IMG/VR virus record: IMGVR_UViG_3300032053_005343
Span: 64,001-128,000 of that record
Direction: 5' to 3' (one strand)
DNA from: a virus
DNA length: 64,000 nucleotides
Part shown: piece after piece, positions 1 to 10,667 of the stretch
Layout of the letters: each line of letters starts with the position of its first letter
How positions within the stretch are numbered: position 1 is the first letter of the stretch
Position numbers and translations under genes: made by a program
Notes under the pieces: generated by a model
What the model saw: the letters and a program-made list of their open reading frames with translations, nothing else
Told to the model about the DNA's origin: nothing
Databases searched by the model: none

Positions 1-325
1 GATTGGTAATTCCTATTGCATTAGATTGTACAGTATAGATAGGAATATCTCCCCCGGCCTTGACGTGAGATTGACTTGCCAATGAATATATTTCATCTGG
101 TTGAGACGATTTAATAACTTTTTCTAACGATGAGATATCTAAAAGATCGCCATATTCTAAATTAATAAGACCGGAAATGTGCGCAATTCTTGAATCCTGG
201 TTCTCCGAAACAGAGTGTCTGCGGATTATTCCCCAAACATCATAATCTTTTTCCAACAATAGTTCAGCAAGCCACGATCCGTCCTGCCCCGAAATGCCGG
301 TTATAAAAGCTCTTTTTTTATTCAT
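1..325 (-). CDS. gmd: GDP-mannose 4,6-dehydratase (5' part; runs off the window)
   Basis: Manual translation from ATG at 325: MNKKRAFITGISGQDGSWLAELLLEKDYDVWGIIRRHS...YGDLLD...QPDEIYSLASQSHV, the canonical Gmd N-terminus. Confidence 0.92.
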   Translation of the reverse strand, partial: MNKKRAFITGISGQDGSWLAELLLEKDYDVWGIIRRHSVSENQDSRIAHISGLINLEYGDLLDISSLEKVIKSSQPDEIYSLASQSHVKAGGDIPIYTVQSNAIGITN

Positions 326-1382
326 CTTTCTCCTCCACCCTTTTAATTATACGACAGATTCTTTTTATTTTTCTTCTTTTTAAATTAAGAGACGATGGTA
401 AATAAATTATTTCTTTATAAATTTGTTCGGCCACAGGATATTTAATTTTTGTTTTATATGGTGGATTGTAACTTATGGGTTTATAATATTTTACAGCTTG
501 TATGTTTTCTTTCTTTAGAGCTTCAATTATTTGATCAGCCTTTTTAGATCTATATATGACCATCCAACCGCTTTCTTTTTCCGACACATAAGGAACAAAT
601 CTATATGGTTTAATATCATTTATATAATAATAATAAAATAATTTCCATCTTTTATTAAGTAATAATTTTATATCTTTTAATTGACTTAAAATATAACTTG
701 CCTGTATGTCCGTGTAACGAAAATTTACTCCGATATATTGATGTAAACGGTCTTTGCGCCAATTGCCGCCATGATCTCTAATTTGCTCTAATCTTTTCGC
801 TATTTTATCATCGTCGGTAACTACAGCACCACCTTGGCCCCCTGTTATTAATTTAGGATACGAAAAAGAAAATATGCCAATGTCTCCGGTTTTACCAGCG
901 TTTTTTATTGCAATTGATTGGCAACAGTCCTCTATCATTGGAATATTATGTATATTACAAATTTGTCTAACTTTATTTAAATCAGAACCATTATAACCAT
1001 TGTGCGAGACAAAAATTATACAAGAAACGTTCCCAGTAATTTTAATTAAATCCGGATTCATACATAAAGTATATGGATTTATATCTACCAATTTAATCTT
1101 ATAGCCTAAAAATCTCGCTGCGTTTGCTGCGGATAGAAAAGTATATGCCGGGAATAAAATGGTTGAACCTTTTGGAAGATTAAGAGATTCTATAGCCATA
1201 ATTAAACCAGTTGTCCCACTTGTCGTTATAAAACAATATTTTAAATCTATCAATTTTTTAATCTTTTCTTCCAACAGAAGACATTCTGGACCTGGGCCTA
1301 AATTGCCTTTCATAATAGTTTTAAAAACATTCCAGGCATATTTAATTTTAATAATCTGTTTAAATTGTTTAATTTCTTTCAT
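318..1382 (-). CDS. DegT/DnrJ/EryC1/StrS PLP-dependent sugar aminotransferase (perosamine synthase-like)
   Basis: TSGTTGL, IEDCCQS and FSFSYPKLITGGQGG (PLP lysine) motifs; adjacent to gmd. Confidence 0.88.
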   Translation of the reverse strand: MKEIKQFKQIIKIKYAWNVFKTIMKGNLGPGPECLLLEEKIKKLIDLKYCFITTSGTTGLIMAIESLNLPKGSTILFPAYTFLSAANAARFLGYKIKLVDINPYTLCMNPDLIKITGNVSCIIFVSHNGYNGSDLNKVRQICNIHNIPMIEDCCQSIAIKNAGKTGDIGIFSFSYPKLITGGQGGAVVTDDDKIAKRLEQIRDHGGNWRKDRLHQYIGVNFRYTDIQASYILSQLKDIKLLLNKRWKLFYYYYINDIKPYRFVPYVSEKESGWMVIYRSKKADQIIEALKKENIQAVKYYKPISYNPPYKTKIKYPVAEQIYKEIIYLPSSLNLKRRKIKRICRIIKRVEEKDE

Positions 1383-2023
1383 TTTATTTTCTTTTTATAT
1401 TTTTTTACAGGAATTGTTAGAGTCTCTTCTGTAGACCACCCAGATTTTATCCTTGAATAAATAATTTGATAAGGAATACCAGTTTCATCGCTCCATTTGG
1501 CTACGCATTGATTTTTATTGTTATATTCCAACATATGATTGTTTCTTTTATTACGATTATTATTTTTGCGAGATGTCCATCTGCAATTTTCTTTGAAATA
1601 TCCTTTATTATTATCAATGCGATCTATTTGGTGCTGCGCACTTGGTGGTTCACCCATATCTTCAAGAAAATTAATAAATCCATTGTTTTTATCCAGCCAA
1701 CGATCACACACTACAATTGGTGAAATTCTTCCTCCATAGTTTTTATATTCTTTGTTTTTGATATTCGTGCATCTTTGAATCATATTTTCCCAAATGTGAT
1801 AAATTCTTGTATTAGAATATCCGTGTTTGGTTATAATTTCTTTGTTTAAACAACCACAACTTTTAGTATGCCCCGATCTTAGTCTCTCTCCAATAATTAT
1901 CTTTATGTTCCCACAATCACATAAACACAACCATCTTATTTTATTATATTTATCATTATTCAATTTCTCAATAACTAATAATCTTCCAAATTTTTTACCC
2001 GTTAAATTAATAAGTTTTGGCAT
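1379..2023 (-). mobile_element. Free-standing HNH homing endonuclease (family with DLTGxKFGRL / CxCDCG / SCGC / YGGR / DRIDNN motifs)
   Basis: NLTGKKFGRL, CLCDCG, SCGC, YGGR, IDRIDNNKGY..NCRW. Confidence 0.85.
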
Positions 2024-2833
2024 TTATTTAAGTTCCAAGGAACGACTAGCAAGACCGCACAATTTATTATAAAGTTCTATCAATTTATTATCTGCGCAAT
2101 ATTCTGGATTATCTGGATTAAAGTGTATCAATTCTTTTTCTGCGAAATTTTTATTAATTTCATGCCCTACAAAATCTGATAACGTTTGAAGGCCAATTCC
2201 ACTTACCAGATTTTTACAATTAACAAAAAACATGTCTAAATTTGAATAATGATGTAAGATATACGTATATGTATTGAACCATAATTTTTCAAAAGATTTT
2301 TTATCCGTATTGGTTGTCGCTAAATAATCTGCTGTTCTAACAATATTGTCTATACTTTGTAGAAATTCCGATGGATGCCTAAAAACACAAATAAATTTAC
2401 AATTTTGTAAATAGGGAAGCCAAACTGGTAGTGTGTACGAAAATCGCGGATCTTTAAATAGGTATGGTTGTATAGCAACTAGTTCGAGTATTCTTTTTTG
2501 TATACTTGCTTTTACAAGCGGGTTTTGTCCCGAATATAAAGCGCAGTGGTTAAGTTCTTTAGATTCTGTAATTTTTGTATTAATATCTAGAGTAGAAAGC
2601 CATCCTTGGCGAGATTTTACACGGCTTTTTATTGTTTCTGTTTTTGGACATGACCATAAAATATCGTCGTTTAAACCATTAACTATTCCTGTTTCAAAGT
2701 ATCCTTTTTCATTAAATTTATCTGGGGTGTGCGATTTTCCGCCAAGATTATACTTTCGGTCAGCAGTTGCGATTACCCCCGCAACCATTGAAGTACCGGA
2801 GCGCCCCGTTCCTAAAATTATTAGGTTATTCAT
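2024..2833 (-). CDS. Sulfotransferase family protein
   Basis: PAPS-binding loop GTGRSGTS; KDPRF and FRHP motifs. Confidence 0.8.
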   Translation of the reverse strand: MNNLIILGTGRSGTSMVAGVIATADRKYNLGGKSHTPDKFNEKGYFETGIVNGLNDDILWSCPKTETIKSRVKSRQGWLSTLDINTKITESKELNHCALYSGQNPLVKASIQKRILELVAIQPYLFKDPRFSYTLPVWLPYLQNCKFICVFRHPSEFLQSIDNIVRTADYLATTNTDKKSFEKLWFNTYTYILHHYSNLDMFFVNCKNLVSGIGLQTLSDFVGHEINKNFAEKELIHFNPDNPEYCADNKLIELYNKLCGLASRSLELK

Positions 2834-3476
2834 TATTTTGTCTCTTTTTATATTTTCTAACAGGTTTTGTTAAGGCATCTTCTGTGGATTGACCACGATT
2901 TAATCTGTACCTTAATATTTCTGGACTAATATTGTGTTTTCTTGCTAATTCTGTAATATTATATTTTTTATCATTATATGGAATTATATGATTATTTCTT
3001 CTGTTGTTCGCTTGTTCTTTTCTTGTGGCCCACCTCCAATTATCGGGAAAATATCCTTTGTTATTGTCAATTCTATCTAGGGTTAACCCCTTTGGGGGAT
3101 CTCCCACATCTTTATAAAAATTTTCGAACTTTAACCATCGTTCACAAACAATAATTTCACGTTTACCATAATTTTTATATGCTTCACAATTAAAATTCGT
3201 GCATCTTTGAATCATACCATCCCATATTTTATAAATTTTTGTTTTGGTGAGGCCATGTGTTGTGCTATAAATCTTGCCGTTTGAATAACACTGTTCTTTT
3301 CTTAGACAACCACAACTTTTTGTATTACCATTTTTAATATTTTTTCCTATTACACTTACAAAATTGCCACAATCACATTTACAAGACCAAATATATTTAT
3401 TATCCTTGGTTTTACCACATATTTTTATTGGAGTTAATCTATTAAATTTTTTATTACTCAAATCCAATGGTTTCAT
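2826..3476 (-). mobile_element. Free-standing HNH homing endonuclease (DLTG family)
   Basis: DLSNKKFNRL, CKCDCG, SCGC, LDRIDNNKGY. Confidence 0.85.
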
Positions 3477-3697
3477 TATGATTCATCTCTTTTTTTAATT
3501 TTATCTTCCCACATAGCAATTTGCCATCCTATTCTCCAGTCGCAGAAGTCAGATTCTTGTGTTTTTGGATAGGGATTTGCAATTAAACCCTTGCCATCAA
3601 GAAAATCTTTTTGCCCTCTTCCGAAAGCCATTTCATTATATAAATTTGGTGAATCATTAGTCATTTGAAAATTCCAATTTTTTATTTTTAGGGACAA
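3476..3697 (-). CDS. Small protein, ribosome modulation factor (Rmf)-like motif
   Basis: AFGRG...G.....NPY......W..GW pattern. Confidence 0.4.
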   Translation of the reverse strand: MSLKIKNWNFQMTNDSPNLYNEMAFGRGQKDFLDGKGLIANPYPKTQESDFCDWRIGWQIAMWEDKIKKRDES

Positions 3698-4491
3698 TAA
3701 TCCGGATCGCCCTCACCCCACAACACCCCAACATTCCTTATTATACCCGTCTCTCGTTTTTTATTATATAAAATCTTCATTTCTTCATATTTTTCTTTAT
3801 CGTTGCCATAAACATCTGGTTTTGGGTGATGCAGATGAATTGGGCGACAATTTTTATCAAAATATTGTTTTAATCCACTTTTCATTAATCTGTTCCACAT
3901 GTCGGCGTCTTCGAAGCCGTAGCTTTTAAAATCTTCGTCATAACCACCAAGTTGTCTAAAACATTCCGTAGGAGCGCTATGGCCCCAATGCCAACACACG
4001 TACTCTTCTGTAATTGGGTGTCCAGGGGTTCTTCTTTGTAATTCGTTTATGTCTATTTGATTATTAAAATATAAATCTGTATCATTTTTTGTGCAAGAAT
4101 ATGAGCATTCGCCACAACGATATAAAACATCTTGATGATCAAAAGATCTTTTAATGAAATCTCCAGTAAAAAGAATCTCAGGATCTCTCTGTGCGATCAT
4201 TTTTGATTGAGAATATTTAATTGCTATATTGCGAATAAATCCACCGCCTCGTTCAACCGGGGGGTTTCTCTCTAGCGTAAAGTAGGTTACATTCTTATCG
4301 GCAAGATCAGAAAAATCTTCGTGGATTCCATCGTTTATAATCAATATTAACCATTTATTTTTTGGAATATCGGTTTCTATTAGATTGTTTAGAGTTTTTC
4401 TAATATAAATGGATCTTTTAAAGTTGGGTATTAAAAATAATAGTTCCACATTTGTTTGAGACCAATCGAAATTAATCATATATGATTCCAA
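3688..4491 (-). CDS. GT2 glycosyltransferase with galactosyltransferase-type C-terminal motif
   Basis: IPNFKR, INDG, RNIAIK, DPE, GGYDEDFKSYGFED, HLHH. Confidence 0.85.
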   Translation of the reverse strand: MESYMINFDWSQTNVELLFLIPNFKRSIYIRKTLNNLIETDIPKNKWLILIINDGIHEDFSDLADKNVTYFTLERNPPVERGGGFIRNIAIKYSQSKMIAQRDPEILFTGDFIKRSFDHQDVLYRCGECSYSCTKNDTDLYFNNQIDINELQRRTPGHPITEEYVCWHWGHSAPTECFRQLGGYDEDFKSYGFEDADMWNRLMKSGLKQYFDKNCRPIHLHHPKPDVYGNDKEKYEEMKILYNKKRETGIIRNVGVLWGEGDPDYCP

Positions 4492-5171
4492 CTTTGTTTA
4501 TTTAGGATTTTATATATACACGAATTGCTAACATCAAAAATTTTGGCTATTCTATACCCAGTTATACCCTTTTCATGCATTTCTCTAATTTTTAAAATAT
4601 CGTTGTCATTAAATTTAGACATTCCATTTTTGCTACCACGGCAATCAGATTTAAATAAATGTATCTTATTTGTTCCATGTTTTACTCTATCTTTGGCATT
4701 TATAGATCGGGTAGTCCATTCTAAATTATTTATATTATTATTTAATTTATTCCCGTCTAAATGACGAGCCTCCATTCCCGGTGGACAGGGACCAATAAAG
4801 GCTTCAAGAACCAACCTATGGACTAGAAATTTTTTATGTTTTTTATTTTTACATAATGTTACATACAAATATCCATGATTACCTATGTGTTGTTTTAATA
4901 CTCTCTTTTTATTTAAATATTTTTGTGAATTATTCCGCAAATTAAAATAAAATGATTGACTAATATTGAATCTTTTAATAACTGAATATCTTGATTCTTT
5001 TTTATTTATTGCACATATTATTTGTTTTATTTCTTCTGTGGATTTTCCTTTGCAATTTATAGAATTTATATTACCAAAATTGGATGCTTCATATAAATTT
5101 TCATATTTATAAATATCTTTATAAATTTCATTTTTCATTACTTTCACACCGATATTCTCTTTCTTATTCAC
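4476..5171 (-). mobile_element. NUMOD4-HNH homing endonuclease with C-terminal HTH
   Basis: EIYKDI..YENLYEASNFG, VHRLVLEAF, HLDGNKLNN...NLEW. Confidence 0.85.
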
Positions 5172-5939
5172 TTATCCCTCTCCCCAGTTTATCCCAATAT
5201 TTCTTATTATACCCTCTTTTTGTTTTTGTTTATATACATTTTTCATTTCTTCGTGGCTGGTATTTGGAACCCCGTGATATAAATGAATTGGGCTACATTG
5301 TTTATCGAAGAATGGTTGAAGTCCGCATCCCAATAATCTGTCATACATATCGTGATCTTCTGGGCCATACGACGTAAAATCTTCATCATAGCCGTTTATC
5401 TTTCTAAAATAGTTTATTGATACGCAATGGCCGTAATGGAAATATACGTATTGATTTTCTAATATAGGAAATTTTACAGATATTTGTGCCAATTCCTTTT
5501 CATTTATGACTCCATTGAAAAACTTATGTTTTTGGTCTTGCTTTGTTAAATGCGCTATTCCTCCACATCTATATAAAACACTTGAATTATTAAAGCATCC
5601 CGCAATAAAATCTCCTGTAAACAAAACCTCTGGATCTTTCTGCGCCAATAAATTGCATTGGCAACGTTTTATGGCTATATTACGTATAAAAGCACCATTA
5701 CGTTCGACAAGGGGGGATCTTTCAAACGTAAAATAGTAGACATTCTTGTCTTGCAAATCTTCAAATGATTCATGGAACCCATCATTAATAACTAAAACGA
5801 CCCACTTGTCTCTTGGGATAGATGTTTTAATTAAATTGTTTATTGTTTTTTGTATGTAATCCGCCCTTTTAAAATTGGGTATTAATATAACTAAATCTTT
5901 TCTTGTTATATCCCAGTCAAAATCAGAAGATTTAATCAT
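5172..5939 (-). CDS. GT2 glycosyltransferase (paralog of 3688..4491)
   Basis: IPNFKR, INDG, RNIAIK, DPE, NGYDEDFTSYGPED. Confidence 0.85.
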   Translation of the reverse strand: MIKSSDFDWDITRKDLVILIPNFKRADYIQKTINNLIKTSIPRDKWVVLVINDGFHESFEDLQDKNVYYFTFERSPLVERNGAFIRNIAIKRCQCNLLAQKDPEVLFTGDFIAGCFNNSSVLYRCGGIAHLTKQDQKHKFFNGVINEKELAQISVKFPILENQYVYFHYGHCVSINYFRKINGYDEDFTSYGPEDHDMYDRLLGCGLQPFFDKQCSPIHLYHGVPNTSHEEMKNVYKQKQKEGIIRNIGINWGEG

Positions 5940-6832
5940 TTTGTTTTCCTAGAAAGCGTATTTCCGGTGGGTCCGATAAATTTTTGTAAATTAAATTTTT
6001 CTAGTATTAAATTGAAAAAATAATTTGCTTTTTCATTTTTAAGTTTTTCATAATTTTCAGATGAATTTTTTCTAGTATGGGAATGATCTACTTTAACTCT
6101 ATCGCAATAAGCAATTTTTATTTTGTTAAAAGCTCTTAAAAAGAATACGCTATGTTCAACCACTTTAAATTCATCGTCCCACGCACCGAACTTTTTAATT
6201 GCCTCTGTTTTGCCCATCCAAAACGACAGGGTTATATCAAATAATGGACATCCATACTCATTTCCCTTGTTCTTTTTCTCGAAATGTACTATTCCATTTT
6301 TAAATTCTTCCTCGTTAAGACAAGCCTCGTAATGGGGAAATCCTTGCACATCCCCTCCAACCAAATCTATACTTGAACTTTCTAATATATCTAACCATAT
6401 TTCCAGTTGTGTTTTTTCTGTAAAAATAAAATCATCGTCCAAGACAACAACATACGGAGTTTTGACCGCAAATAATGCCCGATTTTTTCCATAAGAAATT
6501 CCAGTATTAAATGGTAACACGATACGAGAAAAGTTTTTTCTTGAAATTGAGAATATTTCTCTACTATCATCAGCAACAATAATTTTAATATTTGGGTAAA
6601 ATTGATCAATACTTTTAATAAGTCTATCTAAACACAACGGTCTTTCAAAAGCTTTAATTATAAGTGTAACATCGTCTAATGACCCACGCAATTTAACAAG
6701 TTCCTGTGGGGGTAATGGTGGTTGTAATGGTTGCGGTGGAAGCAATGGTTCTGGCAAAGGTAATATTTTAGGATTTTCCTGTGAGATGTCACCAGCTTCT
6801 CTTCTTTTTCTTTTTTCTTCTCTACTAAGCAT
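5936..6832 (-). CDS. GT2 glycosyltransferase (beta-1,4-GalNAc transferase-like) with Pro-rich N-terminus
   Basis: IKAFERP..L.RLI.SI, IIVADDS, GISYGKN, VLDDDF, KVVEH..FF. Confidence 0.8.
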   Translation of the reverse strand: MLSREEKRKRREAGDISQENPKILPLPEPLLPPQPLQPPLPPQELVKLRGSLDDVTLIIKAFERPLCLDRLIKSIDQFYPNIKIIVADDSREIFSISRKNFSRIVLPFNTGISYGKNRALFAVKTPYVVVLDDDFIFTEKTQLEIWLDILESSSIDLVGGDVQGFPHYEACLNEEEFKNGIVHFEKKNKGNEYGCPLFDITLSFWMGKTEAIKKFGAWDDEFKVVEHSVFFLRAFNKIKIAYCDRVKVDHSHTRKNSSENYEKLKNEKANYFFNLILEKFNLQKFIGPTGNTLSRKTK

Positions 6833-8024
6833 GTTTTTCCCTTATAAATAAAACCGCAGCCCTTTTTCCATTACAATAATCGTCCTCTGCTCTCATAACA
6901 GAAGAGCATGACGAAGATGGTGTTAGTTGGTGGGCTTTAAATCCGCTGTTTTCGAATTTCTTGATAATATGATTTATATCCGGTAGTTTTAGATTTAGAT
7001 GTGTATCAATGTTGCCAAAAAATATATCTGTTCTAGGTTTGAATACATTTGTACCAATCTTAGTATCTATTAAAACCGCTTCTGTGCTAGACTCGATGAG
7101 TTTATCAATAAGAAAATCGTGATCTTCTATGTGATGTAAAATTCCTGCGCAAATCACAAAATTAAACTTTCTTTCCGACATAGTTTTTTGCCAAAAGACA
7201 GGATCAAGAATGTCACAATTAACAAATTCATAATTGTCTTCTGGTAAGAACTGATTAGAACTCCAATATAGGAGACCCTGAAGAATATATTTATTTCTTC
7301 CTTCTAGTGCGGTTAAACTTTTTGCACCATATCTTACGTATCTAGAACCCCAATAAGAAACATTAGATCCAACGTCTAATATGCTTTTACCTTTGAAGTC
7401 ATATTTATCTACTACTTGGTCAACCAGTAAGTTCTCCCTGTATTTGTTTCTTACGGATAATTCTTGTGGAGATCGAGAAGTTCCAATGCCTGGAACAACT
7501 GTTTCCCCGCCTATTTCTAGTGGGTAATACCATGGATTGAGCATATTAATAACATGATTTACATTTTTAACCCTCTTTTTTATTTCTGTAGAAGAGACGC
7601 CCTTGTAATATGGTAATGTAACGATCCTTGTGGTAGATGGAATACTGGATTTAACAACATGTCTAAGCTCTTCGTCATGAGATTCACTTTCTGCGACAAC
7701 ATCTGGTTTTATATGTAATATGTTGTTAACAGGAGAGTATGTGTCTTGGCAAACTACCAAATCGACATATTTTATGGATTCTATTACCCTAACTCTTTCG
7801 TCCATTGACATAATCGGAGGATTCTTTCTCTCCATTATTGCTTCGTCTGTTAAAACCCCAACAACCAATATGTCTCCCAAAGCTTTAGCATTTTTTAAAT
7901 GAAGCACATGTCCATAATGAACTATGTCTCCACAAACATACGCATAGACTACTACAGGAGCGGTTTGTTCCTTAAGCACTTCGGATTTCTCGCACAATGC
8001 CATTGAGTTACTGGGATTTTCCAT
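6825..8024 (-). CDS. Cytidylyltransferase (TagD/RfaE-like) fused to class I SAM methyltransferase
   Basis: N-terminal GDIVHYGH (HxGH) and SSTEIK; C-terminal ILDVGSN and GILHH; true start may be downstream of 8024. Confidence 0.8.
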   Translation of the reverse strand: MENPSNSMALCEKSEVLKEQTAPVVVYAYVCGDIVHYGHVLHLKNAKALGDILVVGVLTDEAIMERKNPPIMSMDERVRVIESIKYVDLVVCQDTYSPVNNILHIKPDVVAESESHDEELRHVVKSSIPSTTRIVTLPYYKGVSSTEIKKRVKNVNHVINMLNPWYYPLEIGGETVVPGIGTSRSPQELSVRNKYRENLLVDQVVDKYDFKGKSILDVGSNVSYWGSRYVRYGAKSLTALEGRNKYILQGLLYWSSNQFLPEDNYEFVNCDILDPVFWQKTMSERKFNFVICAGILHHIEDHDFLIDKLIESSTEAVLIDTKIGTNVFKPRTDIFFGNIDTHLNLKLPDINHIIKKFENSGFKAHQLTPSSSCSSVMRAEDDYCNGKRAAVLFIREKHA

Positions 8025-8569
8025 TCCCCATATTGTTCCTCAAGATATTTTTCTATTTGTTTTACTACGTTAACTTTTACGCCCTTAAATTCGACTTTTT
8101 CAAATTCGTCAAAAAGATCTTTGGAATAACAATAATATAATATTCCAGGATTCCAGACTCCGTGCCAGAGACAATTTATCCCTTCGAAGAAAAAAAACCA
8201 TTCAATTTTAACTTCGTTTCTGACAAAAGAAATTTCTAAACCGTCGTTCCTATTTCCAAGAATATGGGCGAGTTGAAAGCCCCTGCCTTTCATCTTGTCT
8301 ATAAGTTCTTGTTGTTTTAATTCACTCAAATCAGAGATATTGGCCCCAAGGTCAATGTCATCGTCATGAGATATGAAATCTTTGTCTCTATAATAACCTA
8401 AACACGTACCGCAATGAAGCCATGTAAATAAACCAATTTCATTGCATACCTCATACGCTTCTTTTAAATTTGCTATAGCATTTTTTACAACATCTGGCGA
8501 AGATCCAAACAAAGGAGCGACCATATTAAATCTCCTTGTCTTGTCCATTATTTTCTTTACATTCATCAC
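7952..8569 (-). CDS. LicD/fukutin-family phosphotransferase
   Basis: GTCLGYYRDKDFISHDDDIDLG; YLEEQYGEWKIP. Confidence 0.85.
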   Translation of the reverse strand: MMNVKKIMDKTRRFNMVAPLFGSSPDVVKNAIANLKEAYEVCNEIGLFTWLHCGTCLGYYRDKDFISHDDDIDLGANISDLSELKQQELIDKMKGRGFQLAHILGNRNDGLEISFVRNEVKIEWFFFFEGINCLWHGVWNPGILYYCYSKDLFDEFEKVEFKGVKVNVVKQIEKYLEEQYGEWKIPVTQWHCARNPKCLRNKPLL

Positions 8570-8804
8570 ATTGATATTTTTCTATTTCGAACTCTTCATT
8601 ACAATTTTTGCATTTCACATCTATTGGATATAGATATGACGCCGCACTCACTGCATCGGGATCGTCCAAGTCTTCTAGTATAGCTTGTTCTTCTTCTGGG
8701 TCTATTTCCTCATTGATTAGTCTTAAAAAATTATCTTCTCCACATTCATTACAAATCCACATCGCTGCTGGTATTAGTTCCACCGTTTCTTTTCTTTTTT
8801 TCAT
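8526..8804 (-). CDS. Small acidic zinc-ribbon protein
   Basis: Three CxxC pairs. Confidence 0.55.
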   Translation of the reverse strand: MKKRKETVELIPAAMWICNECGEDNFLRLINEEIDPEEEQAILEDLDDPDAVSAASYLYPIDVKCKNCNEEFEIEKYQCDECKENNGQDKEI

Positions 8805-8816
8805 TTATATCTCCTG

Positions 8817-9359
8817 TTAAACTTTTATATGTTTCCATGTTCTTTCTTTTTTTATATCACAAATAGTTTGTGGCGATAGATTAAACTTGTGTGCGATTTG
8901 ATTTTGTGTTAATATTTTTTCTTTAATTAATATTTTAATTTCTTTAATTTGTAATTCATTTGATTTTGCCATTCCGCTTTTAGATCCTTTGTTGTCCGGT
9001 AATACCATGGTGCCATGCGAAATTTTATCTAACGCATTTTCTGATCTTGTTGCATATTTTAAATTATTTATATTGTTGTTTAATTTATTGCCGTCAATAT
9101 GACATCCCTCCATTCCTTTTGGACATGGACCCTTGAATGCAAGAAGAATTATTCTGTGTAATAAAATTCTTTTGCGTTTGCCATTTTTTATTAGGGATAT
9201 TCTAATATAACCACTGACTATATCATTTTTTCTTAATACTCTTTCCTTTTTACAACATATCCCTATCAATCTTTTAACTTCGCCACCACTGGAAGCTTGA
9301 TAAAAGCCTTCATATCCAGCAAAATCTTTCCACACTTCTTTCATATGCCGTTTCCCCAC
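8817..9359 (-). mobile_element. NUMOD4-HNH homing endonuclease
   Basis: EVWKDFAGYEGFYQAS, LHRIILLAF, HIDGNKLNN...NLKY. Confidence 0.85.
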
Positions 9360-10120
9360 TCTCGATTCTTGTTAGCATCTATTTGTAAATTTTCTTTTAA
9401 TTTTTTATATATTTTTTCATTATCAATTATTGTTTTGTGGAAACTCCTTATTACGGGGTGGTTAATATGATATGTTATTACACTATCATCTATAATTATT
9501 TTTACACCACTTTTTTTTATTCTATCTAAAAGATTGACATCTTCGTAACCATACCCGTCTTGAAATTCTTCCTCATATCCTTTCATCTCTTTTAATCTTT
9601 GTGTTCTTATAGTCACACAATTATGGAAGCCTTCATAATTTTTTGGAGTTACTTTCCATTGTCTCAATACCGGGAATTGTTTTAAATCAACTAATGGATT
9701 ATCAATTATTTGTTGTGTTTCTTGTGGACAAAGTTCAATCATACCTCCGGGACGATACACAATATTATCTAAATCTATTATTTTTGATATAATATCATTT
9801 TCAATAATAATTTCTGGATCTTTTGTACACAGCCATTTTGACATACATCGTTTGATAACGAAGTTCCTGATTAGGCACCCATTTCTTTCGTTCGCTGGAT
9901 TTCTATCAAACGTAAAATATCTAAGATTAAACTCTTTTTCTAAATCTTCCATTGGTTCGTGAGGTCCATCATTTACAATTAGCCACAAATATTTATCATC
10001 AGACACAGATGTTTTAAATCTTCGGAGAGTGGGAACCAATAGATGCTTACGAGAAAAATTGGGTACAAAAATTATAAGCTCCCTATTTGTTATAGACCAG
10101 TCAAATTGTTTATGATTCAT
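9341..10120 (-). CDS. GT2 glycosyltransferase (third paralog)
   Basis: FDWS, VPNFSR, VNDG, KDPE, GYEEEF..GYGYED. Confidence 0.82.
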   Translation of the reverse strand: MNHKQFDWSITNRELIIFVPNFSRKHLLVPTLRRFKTSVSDDKYLWLIVNDGPHEPMEDLEKEFNLRYFTFDRNPANERNGCLIRNFVIKRCMSKWLCTKDPEIIIENDIISKIIDLDNIVYRPGGMIELCPQETQQIIDNPLVDLKQFPVLRQWKVTPKNYEGFHNCVTIRTQRLKEMKGYEEEFQDGYGYEDVNLLDRIKKSGVKIIIDDSVITYHINHPVIRSFHKTIIDNEKIYKKLKENLQIDANKNREWGNGI

Positions 10121-10667
10121 TTTTAATATATCCCCATCTTTTGCCAGTATTAATGTTACTTATTTCTGATTGGCCTATCTTAAATATTTGACCAATTTCT
10201 TTTTGTGATAATTCGTCTTGTTTTAATAATTGTTTTATAATACGAATTATCCAATTATTTAATTTTGCTTTTCCATGAAGTTCTCCTCTATTATTTGGTT
10301 TAAGCCAATTAAAATTACCATGTTTTGTCCTGTCTTTCATATTGTTGGAATGAGTCCCCCAACAAAGATTGTCTAATTTATTGTTTCTTGGATTCCCATC
10401 CAAATGTCTACATTCCATTCCCGAAGGACATGTGCCGATAAATGTTTCCAAAACGAGGGTGTGAATTAAATAAAATTTCTTTTTCTTATTTTTGTATAAA
10501 CAAACGGATAAATATCCATCCCTATGTTTACCTGGATTTAAAATCCTTTTTTCTGTACCATTCCATTTAATTAAACTTCTAATAGAACCAAAGATAGATG
10601 CCTGATAAAGCCCTTTATATCCCGGAATATTTTTCCAAATTTCAATATTATTTTGATTTGGTAACAT
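10110..10667 (-). mobile_element. NUMOD4-HNH homing endonuclease
   Basis: EIWKNIPGYKGLYQAS, HLDGNPRNNKLDNLCW. Confidence 0.85.

Noticed and set aside
6700-6770. Pro/Leu/Gln low-complexity repeat at a GT2 N-terminus
   Set aside because: Short coding linker with no evidence of a separate function.
7952-8024. Programmed frameshift fusing LicD to the cytidylyltransferase
   Set aside because: The overlap can be explained by a downstream GTG/ATG start, and no canonical slippery heptamer was seen.
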